Sequence record: FN582354
Length of the DNA stretch: 23,229 nt
Source of the DNA: Enterobacteria phage phi80
Direction: 5' to 3' (one strand)
The notes under the pieces were generated by a model. That model did not search any database and was not told the DNA's origin. It worked only from the letters and a program-made list of their open reading frames with translations. Below, one piece after another: positions 19,701 to 23,229 of this stretch. Each line of letters starts with the position of its first letter. The stretch's first letter is position 1. The position numbers and the translations under genes are program-made.

Positions 19701-20233
19701 CGGCGACAAAAATTAACACCCTGACTGTTAAATCTGGCGAAAACAGTGCCGCGATAAATGTCAACGCACAGGATATCGCAGATGTAAACGGTAACCTAAG
19801 TGCGATGTACAACATCAAGGTTGGTGTCTCCAGCAATGGACAGTATTACGCCGCGGGGATGGGTATCGGCGTGGAGAATACGCCATCCGGCATGCAGTCG
19901 CAGGTTAGCTTCCTGGCTGACCGCTTCGCCGTCACCACGGCAGCCGGAAATAGCGTAGCTTTGCCGTTCGTGATCCAGAACGGGCAGACATTCATCCGGG
20001 CCAGCTTCATCCAGGACGGCACTATCAGCAACGCAAAGATTGGTAATTTTATCCAGTCGAACAATTATGTTGCTGGTTCTGCTGGCTGGAAGCTTGATAA
20101 AGGGGGGACGTTTGAGAACTACGGTTCGACTGCTGGTGAGGGAGCCATGAAACTGACAAATCAGACGATCAGCGTCAAAGATGGCAGTAATGTTCTTAGG
20201 GTGCAGGTTGGCCGATTAACGGGAGTATTCTGA
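16754..20233 (+). CDS. J: tail tip / central tail fibre protein J (host specificity protein)
   Basis: 1159 aa from ATG 16754 (the track ORF starts upstream at 16655, inside the moron terminator region). N-terminal two thirds are co-linear with lambda gpJ (recalled). Examples: KGGGGSAHTP versus lambda KGSSKGHTP, YDPITRTYSG, NNPAWIFYDL, KWALYSIAQYCDEMVSDGAGGTEPRFTCNV, FRVTSIAANDDSTGGFTITAVQHDP. C-terminal third is an expanded coiled-coil-like region. The protein ends without an obvious lambda-type receptor-binding domain. Confidence 0.93.
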   Translation: MQLLHGETIIQGAKGGGGSAHTPVEQPDDLLSVAKLKMLIAVSEGEIQGDLTAQNIFLNDTPLANDSGEYNFSGVKWEFRKGTQDQTYIAGMPQVDNELAVGTTVTTTAPWTRQFTNLSLDAIRIKLSLPVQYLYKDNGDMVGTVTEYAIDLSTDGGAWKTVVNGKFDGKTTTEYQRDHRIDLPKSTSGWSVRVRRITADASGSNSKLVNAFKVFSYAEVIDSKLRYPLTALLYVEVDSSQFNGSAPKVTCKIKGKLIKVPDNYDPITRTYSGSWSGGFKMAWSNNPAWIFYDLVLDEIYGMGTRVDASMVDKWALYSIAQYCDEMVSDGAGGTEPRFTCNVFIQSQEDAWQVLNDLAAVFRGITFWGNDQIYVQADVPQDDVDWVYNASNVIDGLFTYAGGSYKNRYSSCLVSWSDPQNHYSDTVEGVYDSALVERYDVRQTSLTAIGCTSQSEAHRRGRWVLLSNAKDGTVSFGVGLDGYIPLPAEIIGVADPFRSGKENGGRIRAVNGRQITLDREIDYAAKDRLVVNLPDGKAQTRTISAVSADKKTVTVATAFSQAPVAGAVWAIDSDNLAIQYFRVTSIAANDDSTGGFTITAVQHDPNKYRYIDDGVRVESPPITVTPISVLSAPKNIVVTESDHVSQGLTVASLDVSWDKVEGAIRYVAQWRKDNGDWINVPVTSAQGFSVQGIYSGSYDVRVRALNAQDTSSPWGYGETTYLSGKTGKPGTPLNFLATEDVVWHIDLTWKFPDGSGDTAYTEIQRATTADYANPELLVLVPYPAADYQHGPMPAGVRQWYRARLIDRIGNAGDWTDWIMGTSSIDVSEITNDILEDMKESETFKDLIENAVDSNEKIAGMADEIKNHADELEQQAKDIQENADGLAQAAVKIDEISVSMDGMTGGVKNSAIAIIQNGLAQVVSRRSQTATNAGNSASIDRVDTTIADTSQAVARALVTLDASAGGNISNSTDLTETLADFTQASATKINTLTVKSGENSAAINVNAQDIADVNGNLSAMYNIKVGVSSNGQYYAAGMGIGVENTPSGMQSQVSFLADRFAVTTAAGNSVALPFVIQNGQTFIRASFIQDGTISNAKIGNFIQSNNYVAGSAGWKLDKGGTFENYGSTAGEGAMKLTNQTISVKDGSNVLRVQVGRLTGVF

Positions 20234-20234
20234 A

Positions 20235-20537
20235 ATGGCTTATGGAATACAGACCTGGGATGCTTCAGGAAAACCCAACAACTATGGCATCAAACCCGTT
20301 TCCGTCGTTGGGCGAATACAGCTGGCTGCCGGGCAAACCTCCGGCAGCTGGTCTTTTACGGTGCCCTCAGGAATGAAAGTTGGTTTTGTTCTTTCACTTG
20401 ATGAAGGAGGTAACAGCGTAGGGCGGCGCATTGTCGCGTCAGGGAGCACAATAACCGTAAGCGCTGCATCTTCTGTAGGTCTGGGTAATTATCCGGCCTC
20501 AAAGTGTGAAGTGGTCGTTTTCATGGAGAAAGCATAA
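20235..20537 (+). CDS. hypothetical protein (100 aa), first of two coupled ORFs after J
   Basis: ATG 2 nt after the J stop, GGGAG about 9 nt upstream. Composition is rich in Gly/Ser/Val/Thr, suggesting a beta-rich fold. I recognise no family. Confidence 0.6.
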   Translation: MAYGIQTWDASGKPNNYGIKPVSVVGRIQLAAGQTSGSWSFTVPSGMKVGFVLSLDEGGNSVGRRIVASGSTITVSAASSVGLGNYPASKCEVVVFMEKA

Positions 20538-21211
20538 TGGCCGAATTTGGCGCGATGATATTAATGGACAACGGGAACCCATTTGTAACGCCCCAGTCAA
20601 CGCCTTTTTGTCTTTACGGCAAGTACACTTTCAACTCCTCTGCTAATGGCAGTTCGCAGCAGGTTGCTCAGAATATTCGATTAAATGCTGACTACCCTGT
20701 GATGGTATTTATCAGGACCACAAATACCGCCCAGCCCACGCCAGTAATATCTTACCGGAATGGAGGAAATGTATATGTCGCGGGGGTTAATCCCTATAAG
20801 TTGAGCTTCACGTTAACCGCATATATATTTGCCATATTTCCCCAGACGTTACCGAAATGGGGGATGGCCATCTGGGATGCGGCAGGAAAGCTGGTGCTCA
20901 CTAATGAGTCCCGGGTGTTGTCCGACCTACAGACAATTGGAACGCCTGGCGCAAACGGAGGGATAAATATCGATCAGACACAAAACGGGCCATGGGCTGT
21001 TGCACCTGCACAGCTTGGCCAAAGCATCGTTGTGAATAACTCAACCCGGCCTCCGACAATCTACACCATTAATGCTTATTCGGCGTGCAGGTTTGACGGG
21101 GCCAATACGAGGATAAACGCAGGGGGGACCTCCACTGGCACAGGCTCTCCGGGAGGGGTAACGAATACTGGAATTTCCTTAACCGCGATAAATACAGCGG
21201 CCTATGACTGA
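20537..21211 (+). CDS. hypothetical protein (224 aa), translationally coupled to the upstream 100-aa ORF
   Basis: TAATG stop/start overlap at 20534-20539, GGAG 8 nt upstream. Composition is rich in Thr/Asn/Gly/Ser, resembling beta-rich receptor-binding or fibre-like domains. No recognised motif. Confidence 0.65.
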   Translation: MAEFGAMILMDNGNPFVTPQSTPFCLYGKYTFNSSANGSSQQVAQNIRLNADYPVMVFIRTTNTAQPTPVISYRNGGNVYVAGVNPYKLSFTLTAYIFAIFPQTLPKWGMAIWDAAGKLVLTNESRVLSDLQTIGTPGANGGINIDQTQNGPWAVAPAQLGQSIVVNNSTRPPTIYTINAYSACRFDGANTRINAGGTSTGTGSPGGVTNTGISLTAINTAAYD

Positions 21212-21232
21212 TTGATCGTTTTGGGCGATCAA
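21212..21232 (+). other. 7-bp inverted repeat hairpin immediately after the stop of the 224-aa ORF
   Basis: TTGATCG (21212-21218) and CGATCAA (21226-21232) are reverse complements with a 7-nt loop. No T-tract follows. Three GATC sites are clustered within about 40 bp. Confidence 0.4.
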
Positions 21233-21322
21233 TAACTGATAATTGATCTATCAAACCAATTATACCCACCTCTTTCATGTTGGTATTGTCTAAGTTCATG
21301 AATACCTCTGGATACTATCAAA

Positions 21323-21556
21323 ATGAGAAAACTGATTATCTGCATGGCAGGCGCTGTCATGCTTACAGGATGCGCTGGCGTAATTGAGAAACAGGAACCA
21401 GTTTGCAGCGGCACTGCAATCGTTGGCGGTCAGGAAACTACGGTTCAGATTTACGGTGTGCGTAAACAAAACAACCAGACGCAGTACCGGGCTGGATATC
21501 CTTTCAGCTGGCGCTGGGTAAGTGCGAATACATTTACCGAAACAACCTGCAAATAA
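21323..21556 (+). CDS. small lipoprotein (77-aa precursor), Cor/Llp-like candidate superinfection-exclusion protein
   Basis: Signal peptide with lipobox: MRKLIICMAGAVMLTGC followed by AGV. Mature part about 60 aa with 2 more Cys. Preceded by an AT-rich intergenic region and followed by its own terminator. No obvious SD. Family assignment is inferred from size, lipobox and position, not from recognised sequence identity. Confidence 0.6.
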   Translation: MRKLIICMAGAVMLTGCAGVIEKQEPVCSGTAIVGGQETTVQIYGVRKQNNQTQYRAGYPFSWRWVSANTFTETTCK

Positions 21557-21577
21557 CCCACTACGCTTAAACATAAA

Positions 21578-21600
21578 CCTCGCTCCGGCGGGGTTTTTTT
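21578..21600 (+). terminator. intrinsic terminator downstream of the small lipoprotein gene
   Basis: Stem CCTCGC (21578-21583) pairs with GCGGGG (21588-21593) with one G:U, loop TCCG, followed by seven T (21594-21600). Confidence 0.6.
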
Positions 21601-21616
21601 ATTGCCTGGAGAAAAT

Positions 21617-22873
21617 ATGCTTTATAACACCGGCACCATCGCCATTAATAGAAATACCGCCACCGGGACGGGTACAAACTGGACGGCACCGGCCAGCCAG
21701 GTTCGCGCTGGCCAGACAATTATCGTGATGTCTAACCCGGTGCAACTGTTCCAGATTTCATCCGTGAACAGCGCCACGTCAATGACGGTTACGCCTGCCG
21801 CTTCCCCGGCGCTGAGCGGCCAGAAGTACGGCATTCTGGTATCAGATAATATCTCGGTTGATGGGCTGGCGCAGGCCATGTCGCAGCTTATCAAGGAGTA
21901 TGACGAGAATATTGGTGCGTGGGAGACGTTCGCCACAACCTCAGCCAACCAGAACATTACCGTTACGATCAATGGCACCAGTTTATCAATCCCGGCTCTT
22001 GGGAAATTACTGCAGAAGGGGAGCAACGGAGCTTTGCCGGTTAATCAAGGTGGTACTGGCGCACCCTCGGCATGGGAAGCCACAAAAAATCTAAAAACAT
22101 TAAGGACGATGGAGCGAAGATTTGGACCAGGTGATGAGCCAAGAGATGGCGGCTGGTCCAATACTATTGGTTTTGTGGTGGGGCAAACGTCCACAGGGGC
22201 AAATGGAGCGTTTGTTGATTTTACAAGTTTCGATCAGTCGGCCAGGCTACAGATCATTGGTTTTTATTCTGACTCTCAAAACCACAATGGTGTCGGGTAT
22301 AATCTGTGGCATCCCAACTTACAAACATGGTATCCATTCACAACGCTCAGGGATAACAGAAACACAACCGTAGATTCGAACGGTTTCATAAAGGTTGCAT
22401 CTCCCATTGTAAAGATATTCAGGGATGGTAGCTATGAAACGAATGAAGAGTCGGAGGGAATTGATGTTACCCACATAAATACAGGTGAGTATTTGATAGC
22501 AGGTTGCACCGGCCTTAATGCAGATGCAGCATGGGGAGGGATCGATGGTGGATTTGAAATTCCGGTAGACAGGAACAAGCTCGCGCGCATCTGGCTTGAT
22601 TATGAAGTGAATGCTGATGGCTCTGTTCTGGTAAAAACATATCACCGTACACACCCGAAAGCGCCTGAGTTTGCAAGAAACGAAATCAACGGGTTAACTA
22701 ATGGCGAGCCAGTAGACATTCCTGCAGATTCTTTTGTTTCCGCACGTGTTGAAATGCCCCCAGAAAGTATCTGGAACCAGCTTTCCGTACGTGTTGAAAT
22801 GCCACCAGATAGTATCTGGAACCAGCGACAGAATGATGCTTTGGAAGCAGACGTGCAGAAACCTACCTCATAA
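21617..22873 (+). CDS. putative side tail fibre / receptor-binding protein (Stf-like position)
   Basis: 419 aa from ATG 21617, GGAG 6 nt upstream (the track ORF starts at 21602). Thr/Asn/Gly-rich, fibre-like N-terminal half (NRNTATGTGTNWTAP..., NITVTINGTSLSIPALG, NQGGTGA). C-terminal half is visibly AT-richer and contains a 45-bp tandem repeat. Assignment rests on composition and position, not recognised identity. Confidence 0.6.
   Translation: MLYNTGTIAINRNTATGTGTNWTAPASQVRAGQTIIVMSNPVQLFQISSVNSATSMTVTPAASPALSGQKYGILVSDNISVDGLAQAMSQLIKEYDENIGAWETFATTSANQNITVTINGTSLSIPALGKLLQKGSNGALPVNQGGTGAPSAWEATKNLKTLRTMERRFGPGDEPRDGGWSNTIGFVVGQTSTGANGAFVDFTSFDQSARLQIIGFYSDSQNHNGVGYNLWHPNLQTWYPFTTLRDNRNTTVDSNGFIKVASPIVKIFRDGSYETNEESEGIDVTHINTGEYLIAGCTGLNADAAWGGIDGGFEIPVDRNKLARIWLDYEVNADGSVLVKTYHRTHPKAPEFARNEINGLTNGEPVDIPADSFVSARVEMPPESIWNQLSVRVEMPPDSIWNQRQNDALEADVQKPTS
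22737..22826 (+). repeat. 45-bp tandem direct repeat (2 copies, 3 mismatches) inside the 3' end of the fibre-like gene
   Basis: TTTCCGCACGTGTTGAAATGCCCCCAGAAAGTATCTGGAACCAGC at 22737-22781 versus TTTCCGTACGTGTTGAAATGCCACCAGATAGTATCTGGAACCAGC at 22782-22826. Encodes SARVEMPPESIWNQL / SVRVEMPPDSIWNQR. Confidence 0.85.
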
Positions 22874-22879
22874 GTAAAA

Positions 22880-22912
22880 CCGCCGCAAGTCGTATGCAAG
22901 AACGTGCGGCGG
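22880..22912 (+). other. hairpin (8-bp GC-rich stem, 17-nt loop) directly after the fibre-gene stop, with no T-tract
   Basis: CCGCCGCA (22880-22887) and TGCGGCGG (22905-22912) are perfect reverse complements. Confidence 0.4.
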
Positions 22913-23080
22913 CAGGCTGGCGTTCGTTCGATAGTGCGAGTATTGAATGATTTCCAGCCGTTACCGATTTTACTATGTTTTCAGTAGAACGCTTAGACAA
23001 AACTGAGGCGCACAAAAGCTTTGCACTGGACTGCAAGGTGTTGTGCTTCTCTGGAGTGCGATATGTTTGATGACAAAAAA

Positions 23081-23115
23081 TTAGCGCAAGAGGACAACAA
23101 ATCACCTTGCGCTAA
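23081..23115 (+). repeat. perfect 10-bp inverted repeat with 15-nt spacer in the AT-rich non-coding region
   Basis: TTAGCGCAAG (23081-23090) and CTTGCGCTAA (23106-23115) are exact reverse complements. The repeat lies inside a possible 27-codon ORF (23063-23146). Confidence 0.5.
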
Positions 23116-23229
23116 TGCTCTGCTACAGGTCACTAATACTATCTAAGTAGTTGATTCATATGACTGGATATGTTGTGTTTGTCGCATTATGTAGTCTATT
23201 TTTTAGACTAAAGATATTGTAATGCATTG

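Noticed and set aside
22863-23105. 80-aa minus-strand ORF in the AT-rich region after the fibre gene
   Set aside because: No SD sequence, odd Cys- and Leu-rich composition, and it spans the hairpin elements. More likely a chance ORF in non-coding DNA, though this cannot be excluded without expression data.
21617-23229. Invertible (Gin/Pin/Cin-type) tail-fibre switch
   Set aside because: I looked for inverted alternative C-terminal fibre exons, 26-bp crossover sites and an invertase gene. The inverted repeats present are short, lie outside the fibre coding region, and no recombinase ORF is in the window.
1-23229. tRNA genes, CRISPR arrays, insertion sequences, integrase or attachment site
   Set aside because: No cloverleaf-like or repeat-spacer structure, no terminal inverted repeats flanking a transposase-like ORF, and no recombinase ORF were seen. 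This is consistent with the window being the structural left arm of the phage.

Overview
This window is the left arm of a lambda-like (lambdoid) siphovirus genome. It starts at the cohesive end (cos) and runs through the complete, co-linear, plus-strand late operon: terminase (Nu1, A), W, portal B, protease/scaffold C (nested Nu3), decoration D, major capsid E, FI, FII, Z, U, major tail V, chaperones G and G-T (-1 frameshift), tape measure H, and tip genes M, L, K, I, J. The head genes read as close homologues of phage lambda proteins, compared against lambda sequences recalled from memory; no search was run. No tRNA, rRNA, CRISPR array or transposon was seen, and all minus-strand ORFs in the track look like shadow ORFs. 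The accessory content is concentrated at the tail-tip end: (1) an AT-rich moron between I and J encoding a lipoprotein, with promoter-like elements and its own terminator; (2) a J protein that appears to lack the lambda-type C-terminal receptor-binding domain, followed by two translationally coupled unknown ORFs; (3) a small Cor/Llp-like lipoprotein cassette with its own terminator; (4) a mosaic tail-fibre-like gene with an internal 45-bp tandem repeat and no tfa chaperone gene downstream; (5) an AT-rich non-coding tail with perfect inverted repeats. Other sequence-level oddities are a perfect 25-bp tandem duplication at the E stop codon, a 9-bp triplet repeat inside FI, a variant G-T slippery heptamer (GGAAAAG) and an intrinsic terminator between M and L. 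The most interesting hypothesis is that each receptor-recognition module (J region and fibre gene) carries its own lipoprotein, possibly for receptor-masking superinfection exclusion.
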